Origin: Spirochaetia bacterium
GTDB lineage: Bacteria > Spirochaetota > Spirochaetia > UBA9216
Direction of reading: 5' to 3'
Assembly: GCA_963675665.1 (NCBI GenBank)
Contig: OY776510.1
Coordinates: 2,976,001-3,040,000, forward strand
DNA: 64,000 nt
A program made the translations under genes and the position numbers. Of this stretch, positions 1 to 10,063 are shown in pieces (the first letter of the stretch is position 1; the number at the start of each line of letters is the position of its first letter). A model generated the notes under the pieces. It worked only from the letters and a program-made list of their open reading frames with translations, was not told where the DNA came from and made no database searches.

Positions 1-689
1 ACCCTTTTAAGTGATTCGGCCGAGTAGCGAAAAAAGCCTGTGGAGGTCGAGTCTTTTTCGGTTAAGGTGTCCGGTTCCTTCGTAAGTAAAAAAGCAAAAG
101 CCCCTGTAAAAAAGACTGATCCGCAGAAGATAAAAAGTTTTGAAGAGGTCAAAGCTGTAATCTCACGGTTTGTGAAATAACCTGCAATAAGAAAGCTGCT
201 TAAAAGTCTTCCTATCGACTGAAAAGTCATCATGACAGAGAACGCAGGAAAAACCTGTTTCAGATTGAACAGCTTTACCAGGAAATTTTGCCAGACAGGC
301 ATTGTAAGCCCGATTCCTGCATTAAACAGAATATAGGCAATAAAAAAAACAACTATTGTGGACGGCAGAAATGTTGCCGTAATTAAAAGATAAATTCCAA
401 AAAATAAAACGGTAACAGCCGGAAACAGGTGATACACAATGACCAAAGTCCGTTTTCTTGAAATATTGCGCGACTGATAGGCGGATACAATTCCGAGAAA
501 AGCCTGCCCGGCAAAAAGAAATGCCGGAATAAAGCCTATCAGAAAATTGGTGGCGCCGAGTTTTGCCAGAAAAAGCTGGAGAAATGTTGATTCAAAAACA
601 AGAGGAAGTCCCAGTCCCCACAAAAACTCAACCAGTGAAATCCCGGCTGTATTCAGAAAAAAACGGCTGTTATCTTTATACTCTTCCAT
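1..689 (-). CDS. MFS transporter (N-terminal part; runs off the left edge)
   Basis: Not in ORF track. Reverse strand from ATG at 689 reads MEEYKDNSRFFLNTAGISLVEFLWGLGLPLVFESTFLQLFLAKLGATNFLIGFIPA..., open to position 1, with multiple TM segments in an MFS-like pattern. Confidence 0.75.
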   Translation of the reverse strand, partial: MEEYKDNSRFFLNTAGISLVEFLWGLGLPLVFESTFLQLFLAKLGATNFLIGFIPAFLFAGQAFLGIVSAYQSRNISRKRTLVIVYHLFPAVTVLFFGIYLLITATFLPSTIVVFFIAYILFNAGIGLTMPVWQNFLVKLFNLKQVFPAFSVMMTFQSIGRLLSSFLIAGYFTNREITALTSSKLFIFCGSVFFTGAFAFLLTKEPDTLTEKDSTSTGFFRYSAESLKR

Positions 690-740
690 TAACCGCGATA
701 TTATACTAAAGTACTTATTATTTTCAATACAGGATATCTG

Positions 741-1433
741 ATGAAATACAGGCTGCTGATTTTTGATCTGGATAATACGATTTTCGATTATAACCGTGCA
801 GAAAACTTCGCGCTTGGAAAAACACTTTCGGCTTTCGGATGCAACCCGACCGAAGATTTGAAGGCTTCATACCGGGAAATAAACGAACAGACCTGGCAGC
901 GTCTTGAAAAAGGTGAAATTACATCAGAAGAACTGAGAACAATCAGGTTTGAGAAATTTGCAGAAGCTCATAACCTCGACTGGGATGCGCAGCAGATAAG
1001 CAGAATCTACCTGGAGAACCTGGGTCTGGGCGGTTTTCTGATAGAAGGGGCTGATACTCTGCTATTCGAAATCAGAAATGATTTTATCATTGCGTCGGTG
1101 ACGAACGGAATATCTGATGTTCAGCGTGCAAGGCTGTCGAATTCAACATTGAACGGTTTTTTTAACCCGCTGATTATTTCGGATGAAGTCGGAGTTGCCA
1201 AACCCGATCCCGGTATTTTTAATATTCTTCTTGAAAAAGCCGGGTTTGACGACAGACGGTCTGTTCTGATGATTGGCGACAGCCTGACCTCTGATATAGC
1301 CGGCGCGGCCGCTGCCGGTATAGACAGCTGCTGGTATAATCCCGATGGTATTTCACCGGATCCTGAAATAACACCTGAATACATGGTGTCGGAACTTAAC
1401 GATGTTAAGGAAATTATCTACAGGGAGGAATAA
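741..1433 (+). CDS. yjjG: HAD-family hydrolase, YjjG-like pyrimidine nucleotidase
   Basis: HAD motifs FDLDNT, VTNG, KPDPGIF, MIGDSLTSDI. Confidence 0.85.
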   Translation: MKYRLLIFDLDNTIFDYNRAENFALGKTLSAFGCNPTEDLKASYREINEQTWQRLEKGEITSEELRTIRFEKFAEAHNLDWDAQQISRIYLENLGLGGFLIEGADTLLFEIRNDFIIASVTNGISDVQRARLSNSTLNGFFNPLIISDEVGVAKPDPGIFNILLEKAGFDDRRSVLMIGDSLTSDIAGAAAAGIDSCWYNPDGISPDPEITPEYMVSELNDVKEIIYREE

Positions 1434-1801
1434 TGGCTTATTCTGATGATTTTATAAGGCAACTGAGAAAAAGATCGGAAAAGAGTACAATAAAGGCATC
1501 AACTCTGCGGAGTATGCTTTTTAATAATCTTGAAGGAGTTCCCGAAGATCTTGGATGGGATATTTTTAATCTCTTTTTCCCGGATACAGGTGATGATTCA
1601 ATGCTGAATTCAGAGACAGCGGAACGGCTTGCTCTTGTGATAGATCTTTTTGTGGGCGAGTATGATGAGAATAATATAGAGCTTACAGATGAAGAGCTTG
1701 AATATATCAGTGACGGAGTAAATGATTATGCTCTTGAACTTACGGATGATATTCTGATGAATGTAATGAAAGCGGCGGTAGCCAGGGGATTGATGGGATA
1801 A
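1433..1801 (+). CDS. Hypothetical acidic protein
   Basis: 122-aa ORF coupled by TAATG overlaps on both sides, with GGAGG RBS. Confidence 0.75.
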   Translation: MAYSDDFIRQLRKRSEKSTIKASTLRSMLFNNLEGVPEDLGWDIFNLFFPDTGDDSMLNSETAERLALVIDLFVGEYDENNIELTDEELEYISDGVNDYALELTDDILMNVMKAAVARGLMG

Positions 1802-2379
1802 TGTATTTTAACGAAGAATTAAAACCCGGGATGCGGGGGTATATAAAGAATACCGCATGGACAGGATTTGTATACGGACTTGCAGCGCTGGTTTTCGGTG
1901 TGTTTGCAGTAATTACGCCTTCAGGAACGCTCAGCGTATTTGTCGGCGCAATCGGTTTTCTGGTGCTTGTACACGGTGCGGTACTTGCAGCGGCTTCTCT
2001 GCTCGGAATAAAACGTGACCCCCAGTGGTATATCGGTCTGGTTTCAGGCCTGCTTCAGCTTCTGCTCGGACTCTTCATTATTACCAGATCTGAAAATATC
2101 TCCAATACCGCCCTCATGCTTTCCACCGTGGGAATAGGTCTTGTCGGCATATTTACCGGAACCTTCAGTCTTATAAGCGCAATACGGTACAGGGATATTG
2201 TCAGCAATGTTTGGCCGCAGATCCTTCGCGGAGGACTTCTTTTTATTGTCGGTGTTTCCATGCTTCTTGCCCCGTTCGGTTTCGGTACCGCAATGGTCAG
2301 AACCGTCGGCGTTATGGCAGCCTTATTCGGGATATTCCAGTTGTGGACTTCCTTCAAACTTGTAAAAGAGCTTAACTGA
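1801..2379 (+). CDS. HdeD/DUF308-family membrane protein
   Basis: About six TM helices in a duplicated Gly-rich pattern; TAATG coupling. Confidence 0.75.
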   Translation: MYFNEELKPGMRGYIKNTAWTGFVYGLAALVFGVFAVITPSGTLSVFVGAIGFLVLVHGAVLAAASLLGIKRDPQWYIGLVSGLLQLLLGLFIITRSENISNTALMLSTVGIGLVGIFTGTFSLISAIRYRDIVSNVWPQILRGGLLFIVGVSMLLAPFGFGTAMVRTVGVMAALFGIFQLWTSFKLVKELN

Positions 2380-3014
2380 TGACAAATATAAAGGTAAAAA
2401 CATATTGTCTCGGAATGTGGCAGACAAATTCTTACCTGCTGACCGCAGAGGGCAAAGAAAACTGCTGGATTATCGACGCCGGGTTTGAGCCCGAACCGAT
2501 GATTGATGATTTAAAGACCGAAAAGCTGAAGCCGGAAATGCTGATCTATACTCATGCGCATCTTGATCATATCGCCGGAACAGCAGCAATCAAATCGGCT
2601 TTTCCCGGGATAAGAACTGCAATTTCGGAAACTGAAGCAACTTTTCTCGGGGATGCGTCCAGAAATCTTTCATCGTCGGCAGGAATGAATATAACGGTCG
2701 ACAATGCTGATGTCCTGCTTGCAGACGGGCAGGAACTTGTTTTTGAAGAACTTGTTTTCAGGGTGATTACAACTCCCGGGCACAGCCCCGGCGGAATTTG
2801 TCTGTATCAGGATGAAACAAAACTGCTCTTTTCAGGCGATACGCTTTTCCAGGGCTCTGTGGGTCGCTATGATTTTCCGACTTCAAGCGGAGAAGACCTG
2901 TTTCGTTCCATAAAGGAAAAACTGCTGATTTTACCCGATGATACAAATGCTTTCCCCGGGCACGGGGGCCCCACAACCATCGGGGCAGAAAAACGCAATA
3001 ATCCCTTTCTGTAA
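2379..3014 (+). CDS. MBL-fold metallo-hydrolase (glyoxalase II/YcbL-like)
   Basis: THAHLDH, TPGHSPG, SGDTLF, PGHG and C-terminal NPFL. Confidence 0.9.
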   Translation: MTNIKVKTYCLGMWQTNSYLLTAEGKENCWIIDAGFEPEPMIDDLKTEKLKPEMLIYTHAHLDHIAGTAAIKSAFPGIRTAISETEATFLGDASRNLSSSAGMNITVDNADVLLADGQELVFEELVFRVITTPGHSPGGICLYQDETKLLFSGDTLFQGSVGRYDFPTSSGEDLFRSIKEKLLILPDDTNAFPGHGGPTTIGAEKRNNPFL

Positions 3015-3079
3015 AAAAAGCTGCACATGCATTAAAAATAAATGTTATATTTATACACATTAATAATTAACGGAGAATC

Positions 3080-4786
3080 GTGATGTCCAGAACCAAAGAT
3101 ATAAACAACCCCTGGATAAATCTTGAACCATGGAGAGGCAAAATTTTCAACGGTGAATTCCCGACTTTGCCCGAGCTTTTCGAGATTTCCAGAATCCGAT
3201 ACCCGGAACGAAGGTGTTTTACCTGCTATGATCCGGAACTGTTTTTTACCTACAGTGAAGCCTTTGAGAAAATTGAAAAAGTATCAAATTATCTGCTCGG
3301 CACATGTCTGAAAAAGGGCGATCGTGTAGGGCTTACAGGAAAAAACTCTCCTGAATGGGCCATCGCCTACCTGGCGATTTTAAGCGCAGGAGGAACAGTT
3401 GTTCCGGTAGATTATTCTCTTAAAAACGATGAAATTCTGAAACTGCTGGAATATGCTGAAATTAATATTTTATTCGTTGATGAAGAAAGGTTTGAAGATC
3501 TAAATCCCCCGTCATTCCGGGGAAAGCTCAGCAAATTCTCTTTATCGCCTGCAAAGCCGGGTTATATTCTTGATATTGATTTCAATGAAAAGATAGATCA
3601 TGAAAAACCTGCAGAAGACGATACCGCGGCAATTCTTTTTACTTCCGGCACCACCGGAGATCCGAAAGGCGCGATGCTGACCCATAAGAATTTCGTGTCC
3701 GATTGTTTTATGTTTCAGGGGAATATGAATATTTACGAGACCGATGTTTTTTATGCCCTGCTTCCGATACACCATTCTTATACAATGCTGGCCGTTTTCA
3801 TCGAAGCAATTTCTGTGGGCGCCGAACTGGTTTTTGCCAAGAAGGTTGTTGTCAAGCAGATTTTCAAGGACCTTAAAGAAGCGAAGGTTACGATGTTTCT
3901 CGGCATCCCGATGCTGTTCAACAAGATAATAAAAGGCCTGATGAACGGCATCAGGGAAAAGGGGATTGTTGTTTACGGACTAATCCGAGCAATGATGGGC
4001 TTCAGCGGGCTGGTTAAAAAAATCACCGGAGTAAACATCGGCAAGAAGCTTTTCAAGGGAATCCTTGCAAAGGTATCGCTTGATACCAACAGAATATGCA
4101 TATGCGGCGGAGGTCCGCTGCCGGCTGAAACATTCAAATATTTCAACCAGTTCGGCATAGATTTTGTGGTCGGTTACGGACTTACCGAGGCTGCTCCCGG
4201 TCTGACTCTTAATCCTATTTACGCCTATCGTGAAAATTCTATAGGAAAGATAATTCCGCTTGCTGAAATGAAGGTTCTTGACCCGGACGGAGACGGAACG
4301 GGCGAGCTTATCGCACGCGGACCTAACATCATGAAAGGTTATTACAAGAATGATGAAGCCACAAAAGCCGCGTTTACAGCTGACGGCTGGCTTCTGACCG
4401 GTGATTCGGGCTATATAGACGACGATAATTACGTTTATCTGACCGGCAGGAAAAAGAACATGATTGTGACCGAGGGCGGAAAGAATGTCTTTCCCGAGGA
4501 GATCGAAGATCATTTCCAGCTGTTTGATGAAATAGAGCAGATCCTTGTGCGGGGATATGTTCTTGATGAAAAAATGAAGACCGAAGGAATCGAGGCCGTT
4601 ATCTTTCCGTCTGATGATTTCTCAAAAAACAAATCTGAAGAAGAAGTAAAACAGCGGATGGATGAAATAATTTCACTCGTAAACAGAGAGCTTCTGCCTT
4701 ACAAGCGGATATCACGGATTTCCCTGAGATCAGATGAGATGGAAATGTCGTCGACAAAGAAGATAAAACGATTCAAGGTTGATTAA
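3080..4786 (+). CDS. fadD: Long-chain fatty acid--CoA ligase (AMP-binding enzyme)
   Basis: FTSGTTGDPKG, GYGLTE, TGDSG, GRKKNMIV..GGKNVFPEEIE. Confidence 0.85.
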   Translation: MMSRTKDINNPWINLEPWRGKIFNGEFPTLPELFEISRIRYPERRCFTCYDPELFFTYSEAFEKIEKVSNYLLGTCLKKGDRVGLTGKNSPEWAIAYLAILSAGGTVVPVDYSLKNDEILKLLEYAEINILFVDEERFEDLNPPSFRGKLSKFSLSPAKPGYILDIDFNEKIDHEKPAEDDTAAILFTSGTTGDPKGAMLTHKNFVSDCFMFQGNMNIYETDVFYALLPIHHSYTMLAVFIEAISVGAELVFAKKVVVKQIFKDLKEAKVTMFLGIPMLFNKIIKGLMNGIREKGIVVYGLIRAMMGFSGLVKKITGVNIGKKLFKGILAKVSLDTNRICICGGGPLPAETFKYFNQFGIDFVVGYGLTEAAPGLTLNPIYAYRENSIGKIIPLAEMKVLDPDGDGTGELIARGPNIMKGYYKNDEATKAAFTADGWLLTGDSGYIDDDNYVYLTGRKKNMIVTEGGKNVFPEEIEDHFQLFDEIEQILVRGYVLDEKMKTEGIEAVIFPSDDFSKNKSEEEVKQRMDEIISLVNRELLPYKRISRISLRSDEMEMSSTKKIKRFKVD

Positions 4787-5961
4787 TGATATTTTTAACC
4801 CGTCTTCCTGTTAAACTGATTACATTTCTTGCGATTGTTTTAATCTCTGTTTTTCAGGTAATCGGTGAAGCGGTCTATATAGACGATACGGGTTTTGTGC
4901 TCGAGCCTCCCGTAGGCTGGGAAGTGATGGACGTAACCGAATCACGCTGGACTTTCAACGACTTTACAGGCGACGCTTTTATGCAGATAAAGGTATATCC
5001 GGGCGGCGAATATTCTTCGGCGGAAGCGCTTTTTAACGGCGTAAGCGGCAGTATAAATGCGGAAGCCGAAGGCGATACATTTGACCTGTACGGCCGTGAG
5101 GCCGTATTTGCCGTAATTGAATTCAATTCAGCCGGTTTTGATTATTCCGGTTACGGACTCTTTACCGACGGGGAAGATTTCGATTTGACCATACTGTCTT
5201 TTGCTTCGGCTGAAAGCGCTTCCATGCTGAACGACTACATTCTGTCGGCCCTGGATTCTTTTGCGCTGTCGCCGGTGCTCATGAACAACCCCGGGCCTGT
5301 CAGCAGGTATTATCTTGAATCTTACGGCAGTCCTGAGCGGGTAGAGACGGCGACAGTATTTGAAAACGAGAAGATCAGCTGGAAGGTGAATGCGCATGAG
5401 ATAGAAGCATCACAGCTTCTGATTGAGAGGGAAGCGGCAATACTGGCCGACTTCAAGCCTGGAACAGCACCCGGCGACGAAGCTTGGGAACGTTACTACA
5501 GGATGATTTACCGCGACAGTTATTCCAGGCTTGATTATCCGGCGGAGCTTCTGAAAGAACGGCTTCTCCAAAATGACGACGGTTCAGGTAATTACTTTCC
5601 GCAGCGGCTTTTAAGCTGGGTGCAGGGTTTTGAATACCTCCGGACTGAAGGCTCTGATCTGATCAGCCCGCTTTCCGCCGCAGCTTTTGAAGAAGGCGAC
5701 TGCGACAGCCGGGCGCTTCTTTACATTATTCTTTTAAATCATTATGGTATTGATTCCGCGCTGATGGTGTCTTCTGTTTACAGCCACGCAATGGCGGCTG
5801 TAGATACTGACGGTCCCGGCGCAAGGATAAACGTAAACGGCAGCGGCTATCTTGTAGCGGAAACTACCGACGACGTTGACATCGGTATGATTGCCGCCGA
5901 CATGGCGGACCCGGCAAAATGGCTTGTAATACCGCTGATGGAGAAGGAACCATGGAATTAA
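4786..5961 (+). CDS. Exported protein with C-terminal transglutaminase-like Cys-protease domain
   Basis: N-terminal signal/TM segment; GDCDSRALL (Cys), SHAMAAV (His), VAETT (acidic residue). Confidence 0.65.
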   Translation: MIFLTRLPVKLITFLAIVLISVFQVIGEAVYIDDTGFVLEPPVGWEVMDVTESRWTFNDFTGDAFMQIKVYPGGEYSSAEALFNGVSGSINAEAEGDTFDLYGREAVFAVIEFNSAGFDYSGYGLFTDGEDFDLTILSFASAESASMLNDYILSALDSFALSPVLMNNPGPVSRYYLESYGSPERVETATVFENEKISWKVNAHEIEASQLLIEREAAILADFKPGTAPGDEAWERYYRMIYRDSYSRLDYPAELLKERLLQNDDGSGNYFPQRLLSWVQGFEYLRTEGSDLISPLSAAAFEEGDCDSRALLYIILLNHYGIDSALMVSSVYSHAMAAVDTDGPGARINVNGSGYLVAETTDDVDIGMIAADMADPAKWLVIPLMEKEPWN

Positions 5962-6257
5962 AGGGATTTCAGAGAAGTTATCTTGTAAAGCTTGCTCATA
6001 ATATAAAACCATCCGTAATGCTTGGATCGAAAGGTCTCACCGAACAGCTTTCAAAGCAGACTGAAGTGATGCTTGAACAGCATGAACTTGTAAAAGTGAA
6101 ATTTATCGACTATAAAAAAAGCCGGCAGGAGCTTTCAGAACAACTGTGCAGGACGGTTGATGCTGAACTTGTCAGAATAATAGGCAATGTGGCTATACTT
6201 TACAGACATGCCCGTGAGCCCGTGCACAGAAATATCAGTCTTCCCGAAAAAAAATAA
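5952..6257 (+). CDS. yhbY: YhbY/CRM-domain RNA-binding protein
   Basis: ATG at 5952 after AAGGA; LAHNIKP..LG..G, HELVKVK, IIGNVAILYR. Confidence 0.9.
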   Translation: MELKGFQRSYLVKLAHNIKPSVMLGSKGLTEQLSKQTEVMLEQHELVKVKFIDYKKSRQELSEQLCRTVDAELVRIIGNVAILYRHAREPVHRNISLPEKK

Positions 6258-6356
6258 ATTTTATATAAGAAAAAGAGCTAAAAACTTCACAAAAATAGTG
6301 AAAAAATATAAACTTATGGTATTCTTATAAGTACAATCATATAGAGGAGAAATCGT

Positions 6357-7274
6357 ATGAAAACAAAAAATTTGGTTTTAGTACTGATAATCGTATTGCT
6401 CAGTACGGCCTTTTTCGGATGTGACGCAATCAATGCGGCTTTGGACGGAGCATTTCTGAAGGCTACACAGGTAGATGTTGACACTCTGCCGACATTTTCC
6501 GGTGATACTCCGACAAGCGACGATGAGGTGATGATGGGATTCGGAGAAGGAATGTCTCTGATCATGAACGCCATGCCGATGTCACGCGTGCTGGGAGATG
6601 ATTACGAACCTGTAATGAAGGTTATGGATCTTATCGTTCCGGGCCTTGCCGAATCAAGAGCGGCCTCATCAAGGGCAGGCTCTGCTAATTACACAGTTTC
6701 GGTTACCGACGAGACCTTGGAAAGTGATTATGAAACAGGTGATTACCGTGATGACGGAGACCTGACAATCGTTAAAGCTGAAATATCAGCGCAGGCAGAT
6801 ACCGACAGCGTTCTTGATCCGACTGCAATTTCCGAAGTTTCAGCAAAGGTTGAAGGCGAGCTTGAATTGGTCATCGAGAACATTATTGATTATGATTATA
6901 ATGATGTGACTTATGCATATGACATTGTTTATTCAAAAATCAATGAATGTCAGCTGAATGCAAAAGGAAGCATCGAAGCAGATGCTACAATAGGTTCCGA
7001 CGGATATCCTGAAGAAGTCAATGCATATGTAGCAATAGATATTTCCCTTGGCTTTTCACTTTCATCAGATGACGCGCCCGCAGGAAAATACCTGTTCAAC
7101 TTCAACTATGTTGACAGCGCTACTGTAACCGAGTCTGATGTTACCGGTGGTGACGTAACAGGCGACGGCGAAGATTTTGTTATAACCATTGAAGTATACG
7201 GAAACAGCGGCTCTCTTGTCCGAAGTGTAACATACACTCAGGACGAACTGATGGACTTGGGAATGTCTATGTAA
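6357..7274 (+). CDS. Acidic lipoprotein, unknown function
   Basis: GAGGAG RBS; signal peptide ending in AFFGC lipobox; D/E/T-rich beta-type sequence. Confidence 0.8.
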   Translation: MKTKNLVLVLIIVLLSTAFFGCDAINAALDGAFLKATQVDVDTLPTFSGDTPTSDDEVMMGFGEGMSLIMNAMPMSRVLGDDYEPVMKVMDLIVPGLAESRAASSRAGSANYTVSVTDETLESDYETGDYRDDGDLTIVKAEISAQADTDSVLDPTAISEVSAKVEGELELVIENIIDYDYNDVTYAYDIVYSKINECQLNAKGSIEADATIGSDGYPEEVNAYVAIDISLGFSLSSDDAPAGKYLFNFNYVDSATVTESDVTGGDVTGDGEDFVITIEVYGNSGSLVRSVTYTQDELMDLGMSM

Positions 7275-7287
7275 TCCGTTTTGTTTT

Positions 7288-7322
7288 AAAAAAAAAGCGC
7301 CCGGCATTCCCGGGCGTTTTTT
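7288..7322. terminator. Rho-independent terminator (bidirectional type)
   Basis: A-run, GCGCCCGG / CCGGGCGT stem, T-run. Confidence 0.85.
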
Positions 7323-7484
7323 ATTCATAAACCTATTCTAAAAAGTATTACTGACCGTCGCATCTGACCGCCCTGTTTTTTTATTTTTGACTAAAATCAT
7401 TTGTTAAAATATTTTATTTGATTTTTTAATGATATGTGATAGATTTTATTTAAAGATAAAAAAATAATTATTAGGAGATAATTT

Positions 7485-8339
7485 ATGAAAAGAAAATCAA
7501 AATCGTTTTTACTTTTATCTGTCATTGCACTTTTAATTATCACGGCATTTTCCTGTAGTCTGTTCTCGGCTTTGCCCGATTACGCCGGCGAGGAAGTAAA
7601 AGTTGACAAGGACACCGGCTTTTTCAAGGAAGACATGACCTATAAAAGAGCATCACCACCATATACTTATGAGTATTCTTTCAAAGCAGACGGTACTTAT
7701 GAATATATCAGAATGTATTGGAACAGTACGGATGAGGAATGGGAACATAATTCCGGATTGAAAGGAACATATTCATGGGATCCGGATACATTGGTTCTGA
7801 ACAAGATATATACCAAGCTTTGGGACAATACTGCGCAAGAATATTTTGAACCTGCATCTTATCCTTATGAGGTTGAATATTTATCATATTTTACCACTAC
7901 AAATTACTACGGAGAATATGAGGTTTACAAGCAGGATGAAACCGATGAAACCGTTTGGACAGCGACTTATTCCTCTTCTTATGAAGACACAAGTAAGTAT
8001 TCGGAGACAGTGTCTTTTACGTATAATGAAGATGCAATGACCTTTTCATACACAGAATCGTCAACTGAAAGTTATGAAGGAGAATTTACCGACAAGGATG
8101 AATCTGAATCCAGCGGAACAATAATAAGCGTTTTCCCGGAAGATACAAAATTTAAAAGGGGCAACACTGTTACAGTAACGATGAGCGGAACATCAAAATC
8201 CAGGGATTGGGATCCGGTAGACGACTGGTACGATTGGTCGACCCCGTCGACGTATCAGGACTCCCAGACAATGCTTCACATGGGCGACTTTATAATTATG
8301 AATCCGACAACCGAATCAATGAGAACTCTTGAGTTTTAA
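7485..8339 (+). CDS. Acidic lipoprotein, unknown function
   Basis: AGGAG RBS; TAFSC lipobox; Tyr/Thr/Glu-rich beta strands. Confidence 0.8.
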   Translation: MKRKSKSFLLLSVIALLIITAFSCSLFSALPDYAGEEVKVDKDTGFFKEDMTYKRASPPYTYEYSFKADGTYEYIRMYWNSTDEEWEHNSGLKGTYSWDPDTLVLNKIYTKLWDNTAQEYFEPASYPYEVEYLSYFTTTNYYGEYEVYKQDETDETVWTATYSSSYEDTSKYSETVSFTYNEDAMTFSYTESSTESYEGEFTDKDESESSGTIISVFPEDTKFKRGNTVTVTMSGTSKSRDWDPVDDWYDWSTPSTYQDSQTMLHMGDFIIMNPTTESMRTLEF

Positions 8340-8364
8340 GAAGTACTATTGAATTACGGATGAC

Positions 8365-8403
8365 AACGGGCTGTCCTGTTTTAACGGACAGCCCGTTTTT
8401 TTT
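8365..8403. terminator. Terminator between convergent genes
   Basis: AACGGGCTGTCC / GGACAGCCCGTT 12-bp stem followed by T-run. Confidence 0.85.
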
Positions 8404-8893
8404 ACTGTTCTTCGTATTTAAGCACCTCTTCGTTTACATATTCAAGACTTATGCCGACCTGGGCGAACATGCGTTCGGATTCTTCCCCGGCATGATATTT
8501 TTTTTCACACACAACACGGGTTATTCCGCAGTTGATTATAAGCATGGCGCAAGTCCGGCAGGGCGTCATCCGGCAGTAAAGGGTTGCGCCGTCTATGCTT
8601 ATTCCGCGTCTTGCCGCCTGGCAGATTGCATTCTGTTCGGCGTGCACCGTGCGTACACAGTGCTGGGTTATGGAGCCGTCTTCATGGAGCATCTTTTTCA
8701 TCTGGTGCCCGACATCGTCGCAATGCGGCAGCCCACGCGGAGAACCGACATAACCGGTAACCAGTATCTGCCGGTCTTTTGCAATAACGCAGCCGCTGCG
8801 GCCCCTGTCGCAGGTAGCCCTTTTCGAGATTGAGTTGGCCACCTCCATGAAATATTCATCCCAGCTGGGTCTGTTGTATTTTTCTTTCGACAT
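8402..8893 (-). CDS. dCMP deaminase (ComEB family)
   Basis: RPSWDEYFM, HAEQNA, PCRTC zinc motifs. Confidence 0.92.
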   Translation of the reverse strand: MSKEKYNRPSWDEYFMEVANSISKRATCDRGRSGCVIAKDRQILVTGYVGSPRGLPHCDDVGHQMKKMLHEDGSITQHCVRTVHAEQNAICQAARRGISIDGATLYCRMTPCRTCAMLIINCGITRVVCEKKYHAGEESERMFAQVGISLEYVNEEVLKYEEQ

Positions 8894-9010
8894 AGCATGC
8901 TCCGGTAGTTTTTAATAAAAACAGTATAACATCGACCTAAAAAAAAAGTAATTGCCAAATAATGTGATAAGTTTAATATTAATGATACAAACAGAAAAAG
9001 AGGTGAAATA

Positions 9011-9481
9011 ATGAAAAAAGCCATAATCAGTCTGATAATAATTAGTCTTGCTGTATTCATTTTCGGATGCGACCTTCTGGGCGCCGGCTGGTTTCTGCCT
9101 GATTTTATGGGATCCTGGGCAATCGAAGAAGTAACTACGGATCCTCTCCCGATGACGTCAAGAATGCTCTGGAGTTTTGCAAGGGAAGAATGGGAACTGT
9201 GGTATCAATTCAAGTATGAAGATGAAGACTGGCAGAGTATGGGCGCAAACCGTGGAACGCTTACATCGGAAGGCGGTACAATAACGATGACGCTTACCCA
9301 TGAAAAAATTGTCGACCCGGAAACCTGGCTAATAGCCGACGATACTGAATGGACAGCCGTTGAGGATGCAGGTTCGGCAGCGGTTATAACCTGGTCAGTT
9401 GCCGGAGATGAATTAACAATTACGGATTCGGACGGAGAAAAAACCGTATTAACCCGGGTAACAGACACTGAGGCTGAGTAA
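9011..9481 (+). CDS. Lipoprotein, possibly small beta-barrel (lipocalin-like)
   Basis: GAGGTG RBS; FIFGC lipobox; GSW near N-terminus; WSVAGDELTITD. Confidence 0.75.
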   Translation: MKKAIISLIIISLAVFIFGCDLLGAGWFLPDFMGSWAIEEVTTDPLPMTSRMLWSFAREEWELWYQFKYEDEDWQSMGANRGTLTSEGGTITMTLTHEKIVDPETWLIADDTEWTAVEDAGSAAVITWSVAGDELTITDSDGEKTVLTRVTDTEAE

Positions 9482-9562
9482 TATAATAAGAAAAAATGTT
9501 GAATTTTACTCTTTAAAGTGTAATACTTTGTAACACAATAAACATACACTTAAGGAGTAAAC

Positions 9563-9985
9563 ATGAAAAAATTTATTGTTGCGCTTGTTGTTCTGATTGC
9601 CGTTTTTGGCATGACATCATGCAGTCTTGTAAACGGTCTTTTCTATCCGTATATCGGGACCTGGGAGAATGCAGACGACGGCGGAAAGATTACAATCATT
9701 CTTGAAAAAGACAGTTATGAAATGATTATGCAGTACGAAGATGCAGACGGCAGCTTCGTAAACTATTCAGCTGTAAGAGGCGAACTGGTTGTTGAGAGTG
9801 ATACAATGATTATGTACACGGACGAATACAGGGAAGCAGATGACGACGGAGTTTTTCCGGACGAATGGACTGAGGCAGAAGGCCTTATGGCTCTTCCCCA
9901 GACCGGAACATGGGTTGTTGAAGGAGATACTCTGACTTTTACCGACACAGACAGCGAAGATATAGTTTTTACGGAAGTAAAGTAA
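9563..9985 (+). CDS. Lipoprotein, paralogue of 9011-9481
   Basis: AAGGAG RBS; GMTSC lipobox; GTW, RG, WVVEGDTLTFTD match the upstream gene. Confidence 0.75.
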   Translation: MKKFIVALVVLIAVFGMTSCSLVNGLFYPYIGTWENADDGGKITIILEKDSYEMIMQYEDADGSFVNYSAVRGELVVESDTMIMYTDEYREADDDGVFPDEWTEAEGLMALPQTGTWVVEGDTLTFTDTDSEDIVFTEVK

Positions 9986-10000
9986 ATCAATTTCAGCTTA

Positions 10001-10043
10001 AAAAAAAGATGTCCGAACCGAAAGGCGGCGGACATCTTTTTTT
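10001..10043. terminator. Bidirectional terminator
   Basis: AAAAAAAGATGTCCG ... CGGACATCTTTTTTT between convergent genes. Confidence 0.88.
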
Positions 10044-10063
10044 ATTCAATCAGCTATAATGTT

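Noticed and set aside
7434-8970. ATGTGATA upstream of lipoprotein genes (about 7434 and 8962; also 44479) as CRP sites
   Set aside because: The second half-site TCACA is absent; better explained as extended -10 elements (TGnTAnnnT)
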